From the NCBI GenBank assembly GCA_965372795.1, contig CBDVDR010000004.1, positions 32,001-96,000 on the forward strand: DNA of 64,000 nucleotides. The letters run 5' to 3'. Position 1 is the first letter of the stretch, and each line of letters begins with the position of its first letter. The position numbers and the translations under genes were made by a program. The stretch comes from an uncultured bacterium. GTDB taxonomy: Bacteria > Zixibacteria > MSB-5A5 > GN15 > FEB-12. Under the pieces are notes generated by a model. The model saw only the letters and a program-made list of their open reading frames with translations. It ran no database searches and was not told the origin of the DNA. Below are positions 19,149 to 28,219 of this stretch, piece by piece.

Positions 19149-21275
19149 TTATTCTTTAGTCTCAGTATCGTCTGAGGCTTCAGAACTTTCTTCTGTGGCA
19201 GGTTTTTCTTCTGCTTCAGGAGTCGCTTCAGCTGGTTTTTCTTCAGCTTCAGGAGTAGCTTCAGCTGGTTTTTCTTCAGCTTTCGGCTTTTCGGCTTTTT
19301 CTTTAACTTCAACTTTGGCAGTTTTGGTCAATTCTTTAGGCATCGCATCAGCAATCGAAGAACTTTCGGTTGTTACCGGATGCTTTGATAAGAATTCTTC
19401 CAGCTCGGAATCTTCACGGCTCTTAAAATAAGCTGTTACAGATAGCACGATTTTATGCTGGTTTTTGTCAAACTCAATAACTTGAAGAGGAATTTCTTCA
19501 CCTTGATTGAATATACCGGTAGGATTACTTAGTTCTTCATGTCCGAGTTGAGTCGTCGGAACAAATCCTTCTACCTGACCATCAAGCTCAACTATAACAC
19601 CACGATCCATAATTTTGATTATGGTTCCGAGACATTCGGTGTTCAGAGAGTATTTGGCAGCCATTTCAGCCCAGGGATCTTCAGTTAATTGTTTGAGACC
19701 TAATGAAATACGCCGGGTATCATGATCGATTTTCAATACCTTGACATCGATTTTATCACCTTTTTTGACGATTTCAGAAGGATGCTGTACTCGTTTAGTC
19801 CATGACATATCAGAGATATGAACTAATCCATCAATACCTTCTTCAAGCTCAACAAAGGCTCCAAAAGCGGTCAAATTACGAACTTTACCATTGACCAGTT
19901 GATTGACAGGATATTTATCATCAATCGTTGCCCACGGATCCGGTTCCATCTGTTTGATACCAAGAGAAATTTTCTCATGATCTTTATCTACTGAAAGAAC
20001 GATAGCTTCGATTCCATCATCAACATTCATAATTTTTGATGGATGTTTGATATGCTGGGTCCAGGACATTTCAGAAATATGAATCAATCCTTCAATACCT
20101 TTTTCCAGTTCTACAAACGCACCATAATCGGTAATCGAAACAACTCTACCGTTTACTTTTTTACCTAAAGGATATTTAGTTTCAATGTTTTCCCATGGAT
20201 AAGGGGTCATCTGTTTCAGACCGAGAGAAATACGGGAAGTATTTTCATCAAAATCTAATATTTTAACATCAATTTTATCACTCAGTGAAACGATTTCGGA
20301 GGGGTGACGAATCCTTCCCCAAGACATATCGGTGATATGAAGTAAACCGTCTACGCCGCCAAGATCGATGAAGACACCAAAGTCGGTAATGTTTTTAACA
20401 ATACCGGGGCGAACCTGACCAACAGCAATTTCGCTGAGAAGGTTCGAACGCATTGATTCCCGTTCATCTTCCAATACCATACGGCGGGAGACGACGATGT
20501 TACGTCTGGTTTTGTTCAATTTGATAATTTTAAGTTCCATTTCCTGATTGATCAGAGCATCAAAATCAGGAACCTGACGCAATGCTACCTGAGAACCAGG
20601 CAGGAAGGCATCCACTCCGTTAATGTCGACAACCAAACCACCTTTAATACGGCGATTGATACGACCAACGATTTTTGCACCAGCATCATGGACGTCGCGA
20701 ATCTTATCCCAGACTCGCATAAAGTCAGCTTTTTGTTTCGAGAGAATCAATTGACCATTAGCATCTTCGATTTGCTCCAGAAACACTTCAAGTGAATCAC
20801 CGACTTTGATATTCAGGGGCATAGTAAACTCGCTCATCGGAATAATACCTTCCGATTTAAAGCCTACATCAATGATAACATCGTCACGGCTGACACCTAA
20901 TACGGTACCGTTAACGATTTCCCCTTCACGGATGTCTTTTATGGTAGCGTCATACATTTCTACCATTGCCTGATATTCTTCCGGTTCATAAACGACACCG
21001 GATACATCAGTAATTTGAACGGCCGCCACTTCCTGAATCTCTTCTGCCACTGGCATAGTAGACCGGACTTTCGCCTTGTTGATCATACGCTGATGACGTG
21101 AAGTCATCTTGCGTTCAACTTTAACATCTTCTTTCTGAGTTTTTACTAACGATGCTTTGGCAGCTTCATCAGCTTTAGACAGTTTTGTTTTGACGGATTT
21201 GGTTTTCTTTGAAGACGTTGCTTTACGTCTTGAAACCTTGGCGGGTTGTTGGTTAGTTTTTTTGGCTTCTGCCAT
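19149..21275 (-). CDS. rpsA: 30S ribosomal protein S1 with N- and C-terminal extensions
   Basis: Six S1 repeats (DVGFKSEG; DGLLHITDMSW; EGLIHISEMSW). Confidence 0.98.
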   Translation of the reverse strand: MAEAKKTNQQPAKVSRRKATSSKKTKSVKTKLSKADEAAKASLVKTQKEDVKVERKMTSRHQRMINKAKVRSTMPVAEEIQEVAAVQITDVSGVVYEPEEYQAMVEMYDATIKDIREGEIVNGTVLGVSRDDVIIDVGFKSEGIIPMSEFTMPLNIKVGDSLEVFLEQIEDANGQLILSKQKADFMRVWDKIRDVHDAGAKIVGRINRRIKGGLVVDINGVDAFLPGSQVALRQVPDFDALINQEMELKIIKLNKTRRNIVVSRRMVLEDERESMRSNLLSEIAVGQVRPGIVKNITDFGVFIDLGGVDGLLHITDMSWGRIRHPSEIVSLSDKIDVKILDFDENTSRISLGLKQMTPYPWENIETKYPLGKKVNGRVVSITDYGAFVELEKGIEGLIHISEMSWTQHIKHPSKIMNVDDGIEAIVLSVDKDHEKISLGIKQMEPDPWATIDDKYPVNQLVNGKVRNLTAFGAFVELEEGIDGLVHISDMSWTKRVQHPSEIVKKGDKIDVKVLKIDHDTRRISLGLKQLTEDPWAEMAAKYSLNTECLGTIIKIMDRGVIVELDGQVEGFVPTTQLGHEELSNPTGIFNQGEEIPLQVIEFDKNQHKIVLSVTAYFKSREDSELEEFLSKHPVTTESSSIADAMPKELTKTAKVEVKEKAEKPKAEEKPAEATPEAEEKPAEATPEAEEKPATEESSEASDDTETKE
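19201..19282. repeat. 33-bp tandem repeat, about 2.5 copies, encoding AEEKPAEATPE in the S1 tail
   Basis: ggtttttcttc(t/a)gcttcaggagt(c/a)gcttcagct repeated. Confidence 0.9.
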
Positions 21276-21466
21276 TTTCTTAAACGAGAACCTCCTTAAA
21301 AAGTAACCCGATAGTTTTGAATTTTTCCCAAAAGGGAAACTATCAGATTGTTCCTGAAATATAACTATTTCAGGAAAGAGCCTCTATATATACAAAAAAT
21401 AGAAATTAATTCAAGAGATTTTTTAAAAATAGAGACTTCTTTAAAATCGGCAAAAATGATTGGGGC

Positions 21467-22081
21467 TTAACTAATTACCGAGTCTCGAATTTCGCCGATC
21501 CGACTCATTACCGCTTCTGACATTTTTTGGTAGCCTTCTTTATTGGCAGGAAAAGAGTCTACCCATTCAGCAGAGAAAGGTTCTCCAAAGGCCACTATAA
21601 ACTTTTCATTCCTCCAGAAACAATCACTAAGTCGGTTGCTGCCATGAATATACGCCGGAACAATCTGACGTTTGGCATGATTTGCAATCAGCCCTATACC
21701 CGGTTTTGGATCAAGAAATTTATCGGTTTTGGATCGGGTTCCTTCAGGAAAGATAACCAGTCCATTCCCATTTTTAACGATATTTATACAAAGTTTCATA
21801 GCACTTCTGTCGAAAACCCCTCTTTTAATCGGCCGAGCATTGACATTCCACATATAAAATCTTGATATTATGTTCTTAAAAAGGGAATCTTTAGCCATAA
21901 AAAAGACAAAACGACCGGTGCAAGAGCCCATTACCGGCGGGTCAAAAATCGAAATATGGTTGCAGGCAAAAATAACTCCACCGCTTTTGGGGATTTTGTT
22001 TTTACCATAAATTTTCAAACCAAAAAATAGTTTTGAAATTAGTAAAATCAGATATTTACTGGTATAAAATATTAAATGCAT
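21467..22081 (-). CDS. plsC: 1-acyl-sn-glycerol-3-phosphate acyltransferase
   Basis: NHISIFD and FPEGTRS motifs. Confidence 0.93.
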   Translation of the reverse strand: MHLIFYTSKYLILLISKLFFGLKIYGKNKIPKSGGVIFACNHISIFDPPVMGSCTGRFVFFMAKDSLFKNIISRFYMWNVNARPIKRGVFDRSAMKLCINIVKNGNGLVIFPEGTRSKTDKFLDPKPGIGLIANHAKRQIVPAYIHGSNRLSDCFWRNEKFIVAFGEPFSAEWVDSFPANKEGYQKMSEAVMSRIGEIRDSVIS

Positions 22082-22085
22082 CTTA

Positions 22086-22784
22086 TTATAATATTGATTT
22101 CATTAACGAAATAATATGGTCAACCTGTCCTTCAATCGTCATGTTTGATGTATCAACAATAATCGCATCAGGGGCTTTTAAAAGGGGTGAATGTTCCCGT
22201 CCTGAATCATAATTATCACGCCGGATTATATCCTGTTTTTGTTCTTCAAGAGTTGTACTGATATCCATTCTCATAAGATCAAGAAGCCTTCTTTGAGCCC
22301 TAACTTCAACCGATGCATCAAGATATATTTTCAGATCAGCATGAGGAAATACTACGGTTGTCGTGTCTCTGCCTTCTGCTACAATAGATCCATGCTTGCC
22401 AAGCTCTTTTTGTTGCTCAACCAATGCTGCCCGAACACCCTTAATGGCAGAAACTTCTGATACATGGCGAGTCACTTCGGGTAATCTGATTTCATTTGTT
22501 ACTTCTTCACCATTGATAAAAACTTTATTAATATCTTCGTGAGTTTCAAAGACAATCGGCAATTTTTTGGCTAAAACTTCAAGTCTTGAATTATCCGATG
22601 GTTCGATATTGTTTTGAAGGGCAAAATATGTTATGGCTCGATACATAGCTCCGGTATCAAGATAACTATAGCCAAGTTTTGCGGCTAAATTTCTTGCAGT
22701 TGTTGTTTTCCCGGATCCAGCCGGACCGTCAAGGGCAATTATTTTTCCCTTAAGTTTGGATAAATTTAATTTCATATCTGTCAT
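22086..22784 (-). CDS. cmk: Cytidylate kinase
   Basis: IALDGPAGSGKTT, LDTGAMYRA, EGRD. Confidence 0.97.
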   Translation of the reverse strand: MTDMKLNLSKLKGKIIALDGPAGSGKTTTARNLAAKLGYSYLDTGAMYRAITYFALQNNIEPSDNSRLEVLAKKLPIVFETHEDINKVFINGEEVTNEIRLPEVTRHVSEVSAIKGVRAALVEQQKELGKHGSIVAEGRDTTTVVFPHADLKIYLDASVEVRAQRRLLDLMRMDISTTLEEQKQDIIRRDNYDSGREHSPLLKAPDAIIVDTSNMTIEGQVDHIISLMKSIL

Positions 22785-22886
22785 GGTAAAATTCTAAGTC
22801 CTTAATTGAAAAAAGGCAATGAAAATGTTTATCAAGGCGATCAAAAGTTGTATTGGTATTATATAATATTGAGTGAAATAATCCAT

Positions 22887-22911
22887 AAAAAAAAGGGCGC
22901 CAAAGGCGCCC
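22887..22911 (-). terminator. Intrinsic terminator
   Basis: AGGGCGCC-TTT-GGCGCCCT followed by a U tract. Confidence 0.85.
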
Positions 22912-22935
22912 TAAAGCAGACATTTATTATAAATG

Positions 22936-23835
22936 TTAAAAGAAATCAAGTGAAAATGAACCTAATCGATCATCAAGATCAATATCAATCTTATTTTCCG
23001 AACCTTCGTAGGTTTCATTTATGAAGCCGGTGTCGGTTTGAATCATTCCGATTCTTTCCAGATAAGACTTATATGCCTCGCCGGAAATCCTAATGCCAAT
23101 GCTAACCGGCACTCTTAATCGCAACCTTGAATCCTCGCCTTCAATACTCACATTAACCATTGATTGCAAATCACCAAGTTTTAAATAAATTTTTGTATCA
23201 TCCGATTTAAGTGTTAAGTGGTTTAACGGTGTAGACGATAAATTCAGATGGATATCAGAATTATTGCTGTAACATTCAAGGTCTAATGGCACATCTTTAT
23301 TGAAACGCATATACCAATCCTGTGAATCGTCCTGATCAATACTTACCGTACACCCAAGATATGAATGCGTTCTGCCTGTTAATGAAACCATTGCCAGACC
23401 GTTATCGGCATCAAAATCAATTTTAGGTTTTCGGGTAAATTGGTCAAACCTGCCATAGATTAAATCTTTACCAGAATCACGAATAGTAAGATTGGTTTGA
23501 TCGAAATTTAATACAGCATGCAACTTTTCAATATCCGGATCATTTTCCTGTGTAAAATGAGTTTCAGAGAAAAAGCTTTCATTAGCTCCTCCCGTACTTG
23601 AATAAAATGCGATAAAAAATCCACCAAAGAAAAGTGCGACAGAAGACAAATATGCAATAGCTTGTAATCGTGTCTTCGTAAATATTTTCTCAATTCCAAT
23701 TGCAATTAATACAATCGGAGACAAAATAATTAACTCACCCCAAAAGTTATCATTTAGATAACCGGCATTTCTCAATAAAATCAAGATGCCTATCTGGATA
23801 AAAATTAATCCCCACCGTAATTTTGCCGGACTCAT
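22936..23835 (-). CDS. LiaF/LiaI-like membrane protein with C-terminal beta-rich domain
   Basis: WGLIFI.IGILILL.N.G..W...PIVLIAIGI TM pattern; overlaps the pspC-like gene. Confidence 0.7.
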   Translation of the reverse strand: MSPAKLRWGLIFIQIGILILLRNAGYLNDNFWGELIILSPIVLIAIGIEKIFTKTRLQAIAYLSSVALFFGGFFIAFYSSTGGANESFFSETHFTQENDPDIEKLHAVLNFDQTNLTIRDSGKDLIYGRFDQFTRKPKIDFDADNGLAMVSLTGRTHSYLGCTVSIDQDDSQDWYMRFNKDVPLDLECYSNNSDIHLNLSSTPLNHLTLKSDDTKIYLKLGDLQSMVNVSIEGEDSRLRLRVPVSIGIRISGEAYKSYLERIGMIQTDTGFINETYEGSENKIDIDLDDRLGSFSLDFF

Positions 23836-24281
23836 AATGAACTACTTCCGTTATGAGGGACTTCACCGTTAGATTTTAAGTCAGCAGTATTCTCAGTTGT
23901 TGATTCTTTTGGTTTTCTACGGAAAATTAAAACTAACCCGACTAAAATTAATGCAATAGGCCAGAACTCATCCCAGTCAAACCAGTACCAATTTTCACGA
24001 ACGAGTAAAATGACCCCAATACCAATAAGAATCAATCCGGGAAGATACTTATTCCAGGAAGAGAACTGATAATCAACTTCGGTAACAACAATATCTTTTG
24101 GTCTTAGAGGAATTATAACCCAACCGATGATATAAGCAAGTAAACCAATTCCAGGCGCTAAAACTAATAATACTGCTATGATTCTGACAAGGACAGGATC
24201 AATTTCGAAGTATTCACCAAGACCTCCGCAGACACCCCCAAAAACCTTATTCTGTTGAGATCGGTATAATCGTTTATTCAT
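23832..24281 (-). CDS. PspC domain protein with LiaI/LiaF-like TM segment
   Basis: KRLYRS..KVFGGVCGGLGEYFEIDP; GAGGAGG before ATG at 24281. Confidence 0.9.
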   Translation of the reverse strand: MNKRLYRSQQNKVFGGVCGGLGEYFEIDPVLVRIIAVLLVLAPGIGLLAYIIGWVIIPLRPKDIVVTEVDYQFSSWNKYLPGLILIGIGVILLVRENWYWFDWDEFWPIALILVGLVLIFRRKPKESTTENTADLKSNGEVPHNGSSSL

Positions 24282-24320
24282 TTCAGACCTCCTCGCATTT
24301 GCTTTCATCTATCTTATATC

Positions 24321-24346
24321 TACGCAAAGCTTTAATAAAAGATTCA
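24321..24346 (-). promoter_or_regulatory. ECF sigma (sigmaW-like) promoter for the pspC-liaF-like genes
   Basis: Minus strand TGAATC-N16-CGTA versus sigmaW consensus TGAAAC-N16-CGTA. Confidence 0.6.
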
Positions 24347-24391
24347 GAAAAGACACATTAACTTAACAGCCTCATAACAGACAAGTATAGT

Positions 24392-25504
24392 CTATTTTCT
24401 AAGTTTGTTCAATTTCTCTAAATAATTCTCTGCCTTAGCCTTAAGGATTGGATTTTGATCATTTTCAAATCTAAAAATAAATTGCATTGATTTTTCAAAT
24501 TCAACTCGATCATCAGTATTCGAAGCGATTTGATAGTTCAATTTGATCAATTCGCTATGTATCGACTGTATGATAGAATCAGGAAGTACCGTTTCACTTT
24601 CTGTAATAGCATCCATTATGACTTCTCTTTTATCTGCTTTCTCTTGAGAATACATAGTTTCAACGATTTCCATTAGTGAATCTCGCTTAATACGAAGCTC
24701 AGTCAGATCCATTTTGGTATCGGGTGCTAATTTTGATTCATAATATTCTACCGCCCCCGAAGATGCTTTTGTAGTCATTTTAAGTTTTGGCGAAGCTGAT
24801 TTCTTAGGCAGCTCTTGTTTTTGGACAGTCTCAATTTGCTCATCAGGATTTTCTGGCTCAGCATCAATAACAACCCGTTTAGATTTCACAACGCCGGGAT
24901 TTTTCATTACTTTTGACGCTGTTATTGCTTTGTCAAATTTTTCAGGTCTCTTTTGCCTATCGCTATCTTTATCAATTGCTGATAATGATTCTTTAACTAT
25001 TGGAACATTTTCTTTTTGTCGTAATTGATCTTTTTCAATTAAAGTTTCATCACTAATTACCAGATCAGTTTCCGGTTTAATTATAGCTTTAGAAATTCCT
25101 GATACAGAATCTTCAGGCAAAGAATATTCCAACATTTCATCTGCCGGTTGGCTGATTTCATCCTCATTTAGAGCGATAAAGGTTAAAAATGCAATCGAGG
25201 CGGCAGCCGCAGTAAATTTCCAGATATTACCGAATGATGGTTTCTTTTTTATTTCAACAACTTTTTTTTCGTCTTCAATGCCTATTGATTGTTCAATTTT
25301 TTGAGCAGCCTTTTCCCAATATTCATCTGATTTTAATTCAGATCTTTCCTGAACCAAATCGTCGAGCTTACCAAAGTTCTTAAGCAGTTTTTGACATTCT
25401 TCACAACTTTGCAGGTGCTCCTTTACAACTTCCTCTTCATAGGGAGGCAAAGATTGGTCATAGTAAGCAGAGATTCTGTCTTTAAAGTACGAATGTTCCA
25501 TCAA
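24392..25504 (-). CDS. Zinc-binding anti-sigma factor (zf-HC2) with a TM helix
   Basis: HLQSCEEC (HxxxCxxC); TM helix WKFTAAAASIAFL; follows an ECF sigma gene. Confidence 0.88.
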   Translation of the reverse strand: MMEHSYFKDRISAYYDQSLPPYEEEVVKEHLQSCEECQKLLKNFGKLDDLVQERSELKSDEYWEKAAQKIEQSIGIEDEKKVVEIKKKPSFGNIWKFTAAAASIAFLTFIALNEDEISQPADEMLEYSLPEDSVSGISKAIIKPETDLVISDETLIEKDQLRQKENVPIVKESLSAIDKDSDRQKRPEKFDKAITASKVMKNPGVVKSKRVVIDAEPENPDEQIETVQKQELPKKSASPKLKMTTKASSGAVEYYESKLAPDTKMDLTELRIKRDSLMEIVETMYSQEKADKREVIMDAITESETVLPDSIIQSIHSELIKLNYQIASNTDDRVEFEKSMQFIFRFENDQNPILKAKAENYLEKLNKLRK

Positions 25505-26101
25505 CTACTCCAAATTGAGCATATCTTTTAGCTCTTCCATTAAATATTTCCTTGCCCGATATAATCTCGAATCAACTGTCCCGGGTGGAATTTTTAAATA
25601 ACTGGCAATATCAGCATAATCCATATCTTCAAAGTGTCTTAGCACAAATACCGAACGATATTTCATTGGCATAGCTTTTAATGCCTTATAGAATTTCTCC
25701 TGACTTTCCTTATTAAGAAGCTTATCCAGTGGTCCCAGTGAAATATCTTTTTGGTTAAAACCGCCTAATTCAAGCTTGTCGAGTGACTCTTTTTTTTCTT
25801 CCCGATGAATATAATTATAAGCCAGATTCCGGGCTATGGTTGACAACCAGGGATAAAAGGAATAAGCCGGATTGAAGGTATTTATTGCCTTATAGGCTTT
25901 TAAAAAGCTTTCCTGCACAATATCTTCCGTCGCATCAAAAGATCCCAACATTCCATAAATAAATCGGAAAAGACGCTTTTGGTGCATTCTGACAATCTCA
26001 CCATAGGCTTTCTTATTACCATTTTGAACCGCCTCAATTAACCGCCGTTCTTGAGTTTTTTCTCTAATGTTATTTACCAGCATCAAACCGGTTTCTTCCA
26101 A
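25505..26101 (-). CDS. ECF sigma factor
   Basis: EDIVQESFLKAY, WLSTIARN, IPPGTVDSRLYRAR. Confidence 0.95.
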   Translation of the reverse strand: MEETGLMLVNNIREKTQERRLIEAVQNGNKKAYGEIVRMHQKRLFRFIYGMLGSFDATEDIVQESFLKAYKAINTFNPAYSFYPWLSTIARNLAYNYIHREEKKESLDKLELGGFNQKDISLGPLDKLLNKESQEKFYKALKAMPMKYRSVFVLRHFEDMDYADIASYLKIPPGTVDSRLYRARKYLMEELKDMLNLE

Positions 26102-26107
26102 TTTATT

Positions 26108-27088
26108 TTAAATATTTCCAGCAGTTAAATTCAGAGCCAGTATTTCAAACGCCATTTCAGGTTTCATAAGACTCAGGCGAAGCTCTGAATCGAGACGGGC
26201 AATACCAATTATTATTTTTTCCAGTTGGTTATTCTGATATTTTTGTGCCTGCCGTTTAAAATTCGGAATTAAAAATGCTCTATTGCCAACCGGTGCTTTG
26301 CCATTTTTCACCAGATATAAAGATATAAAATGCTGTTGCAGAAGTGATGTTAAAACTGTCGGACCGGTGCCATCAGCAATCAAACTCCCGATCATTTTCA
26401 ATACTTTTTTAGCATTCCCCGATACAATCTGATCTGATAATGAGAACATGTTAAAAACTTCATATCCTGAAGAAACCTTTTTAATGTCATCAAAAGTAAG
26501 ATTTGTTCCGGAACCTTTGTAATTGATAAGTTTGGTCAATTCCCCTTCGAGGGCGCCTCGGTTGCCGGCCAGTAAACCAGCGAGCATTGTCAATGCTTCC
26601 TGATCGATTGATATGTTTTCTTTTTCAAGTTTTACTCTTACCAGAGACATAACTTCACCATCAGACATTTTTTTAAATTCGATTGGGTCTGCAGATTTTA
26701 TAATGTTCTTATAAAAAGCTGAACTTTTTTTGGGTACTTTGGAAGCAGGAGAACTGAAAATGATAATCCGGTTTGGATCGGGCGGAGTAAGCATTTTAAA
26801 AATTCGTTCCAACTGTTTCGGTTTATAACTTTGGATATTGGAAACAGCGAATAATTGCCTCTCACCCAACATCGGATAATTTGAAAGCTCGGCAATCAAA
26901 TTAGCTTCCGGAGTTCTTTTCCCATCTATTTTTTTATAATTGGTCAGGCTTTGTTTGTCAGGTAGAAATAATTTTACAATAAATTTTTGGGCTTCAATCA
27001 GACGGTACTCTTCCGGTCCGAAAAAGTAATAAGCCGGCTTGAATTTGCCTTTTTGTATATTATTAAATAATTCTCTTGGACTCGCCAT
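26108..27088 (-). CDS. holA: DNA polymerase III delta subunit
   Basis: PAYYFFGPEEY, PMLGERQL, ELTKL, FNMFSL. Confidence 0.9.
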   Translation of the reverse strand: MASPRELFNNIQKGKFKPAYYFFGPEEYRLIEAQKFIVKLFLPDKQSLTNYKKIDGKRTPEANLIAELSNYPMLGERQLFAVSNIQSYKPKQLERIFKMLTPPDPNRIIIFSSPASKVPKKSSAFYKNIIKSADPIEFKKMSDGEVMSLVRVKLEKENISIDQEALTMLAGLLAGNRGALEGELTKLINYKGSGTNLTFDDIKKVSSGYEVFNMFSLSDQIVSGNAKKVLKMIGSLIADGTGPTVLTSLLQQHFISLYLVKNGKAPVGNRAFLIPNFKRQAQKYQNNQLEKIIIGIARLDSELRLSLMKPEMAFEILALNLTAGNI

Positions 27089-27119
27089 ACCTGAGTATAC
27101 GAATCAGACGTAGAACACG

Positions 27120-27500
27120 TCAATCAAAAAGCTGTTCGTTGGCAGGATTGTCTTTGGATGGAATCCACTCGACAGAAAATTTATATTTTTCTCTAAAATC
27201 TCTGGTTTTTTCAAATAAGGGGGAAAATTTATAATCAAGCATCTCTTTTTCATTCACCTGATTGACAATACTAAGATTTGTGCCATAAATCTGATAAGTA
27301 TGATTACTGAAATATTTCTGATTTGAATCGATAAATTCCAATAATGCTAACAGCGAGGCAAAATCACTATGGTTATTATCTACAGCCTGAAAAGGAGCCT
27401 TAAACCGTATTCCAATTTCCGGAATCGAAAATGAAACGACCGCAGTTTTATTAGCCTGATTATTCTCAGGCAAATCAAATGATCCAAAATAACATTCCAT
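27120..27500 (-). CDS. RNase H-fold (RNase HI-like) protein with substituted catalytic residues
   Basis: NNHSDFASLLALL / IYGTNLSIVNQVN / EWIPSKDNPA resemble NNxAEYxAL / GDSxLVVxQ / WIPRxxNxxAD. Confidence 0.65.
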   Translation of the reverse strand: MECYFGSFDLPENNQANKTAVVSFSIPEIGIRFKAPFQAVDNNHSDFASLLALLEFIDSNQKYFSNHTYQIYGTNLSIVNQVNEKEMLDYKFSPLFEKTRDFREKYKFSVEWIPSKDNPANEQLFD

Positions 27501-27512
27501 ATCAATTCTTTA

Positions 27513-27528
27513 TGCAAAGGCTATGCCA
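27513..27528 (-). promoter_or_regulatory. Consensus sigma54 promoter
   Basis: Minus strand TGGCAT-AGCCT-TTGCA. Confidence 0.8.
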
Positions 27529-27635
27529 TTAGCAGCCCGAAACGTAAGTTCCTGTATAACAGCGCCTTATAATTGCGGAGATTAAATACATCCTATTTAA
27601 TTGCAAAATTATTCATGTATCGGAAAATAAAAGAC

Positions 27636-27663
27636 AAAAAAAAGCAGGAGAAATCTCCTGCCT
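27636..27663 (-). terminator. Intrinsic terminator
   Basis: GCAGGAGA-TT-TCTCCTGC followed by a U tract. Confidence 0.85.
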
Positions 27664-27683
27664 TCAAATAAATAATTTTCACA

Positions 27684-28091
27684 TTATTTTGCAGAGCAAC
27701 CATCCATGGAACTACATCCACCGCACCAGCTCTTCTTTTTTCCTTCAACTTCAAAGGTTTCAATATCAAGTTGATTAGCATTGGCAAAATAGATGCCATG
27801 TACTTTAACTTTTTTGTTATGATACTTTTCGCCAGAAATTAAATCGGCTGAATACTTATTTTCGAGGAAAATCACATACTTTCCATCAGCAGTTTTTAGG
27901 GCGTGATCATGTCCGTAAACTTTACATTCCGATCTGGCACCTTCGGTCTTGCTTAAATCACAACCCATACATACAAGGGTTCCTTCAAAATTTGCATGTT
28001 TTGAATGGTCAGCTTTGTCTACACCAGCAATTACAGAAATCCCTGCAATCAGAAACATAATCGCCAGAACTGAAATAGTTTTTCTAATCAT
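27684..28091 (-). CDS. Exported Cys/His-rich small protein
   Basis: Signal peptide; CMGC..C...GHDH and C-terminal WCGGCSSMDGC; AAGGAGG RBS. Confidence 0.8.
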   Translation of the reverse strand: MIRKTISVLAIMFLIAGISVIAGVDKADHSKHANFEGTLVCMGCDLSKTEGARSECKVYGHDHALKTADGKYVIFLENKYSADLISGEKYHNKKVKVHGIYFANANQLDIETFEVEGKKKSWCGGCSSMDGCSAK

Positions 28092-28143
28092 TATTCCTCC
28101 TTTGATAGGTTAATTTCAGGACTAATTAACTCTTGTTTGTTGT

Positions 28144-28169
28144 AACAATAAATTTTTCCGAATAGTTCC
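28144..28169 (-). promoter_or_regulatory. ECF-type promoter (GGAAC-N18-GTT)
   Basis: Minus strand GGAAC tattcggaaaaatttatt GTT. Confidence 0.45.
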
Positions 28170-28219
28170 AAATGTAGTTTATTGAACTTTTTAAGTCAGT
28201 TTTAAGACTGGAATTGAAG

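Noticed and set aside
7506..27528. The three sigma54 boxes are spaced almost exactly 10 kb apart
   Set aside because: Three points only, no mechanism, and no further boxes continue the series; treated as coincidence.
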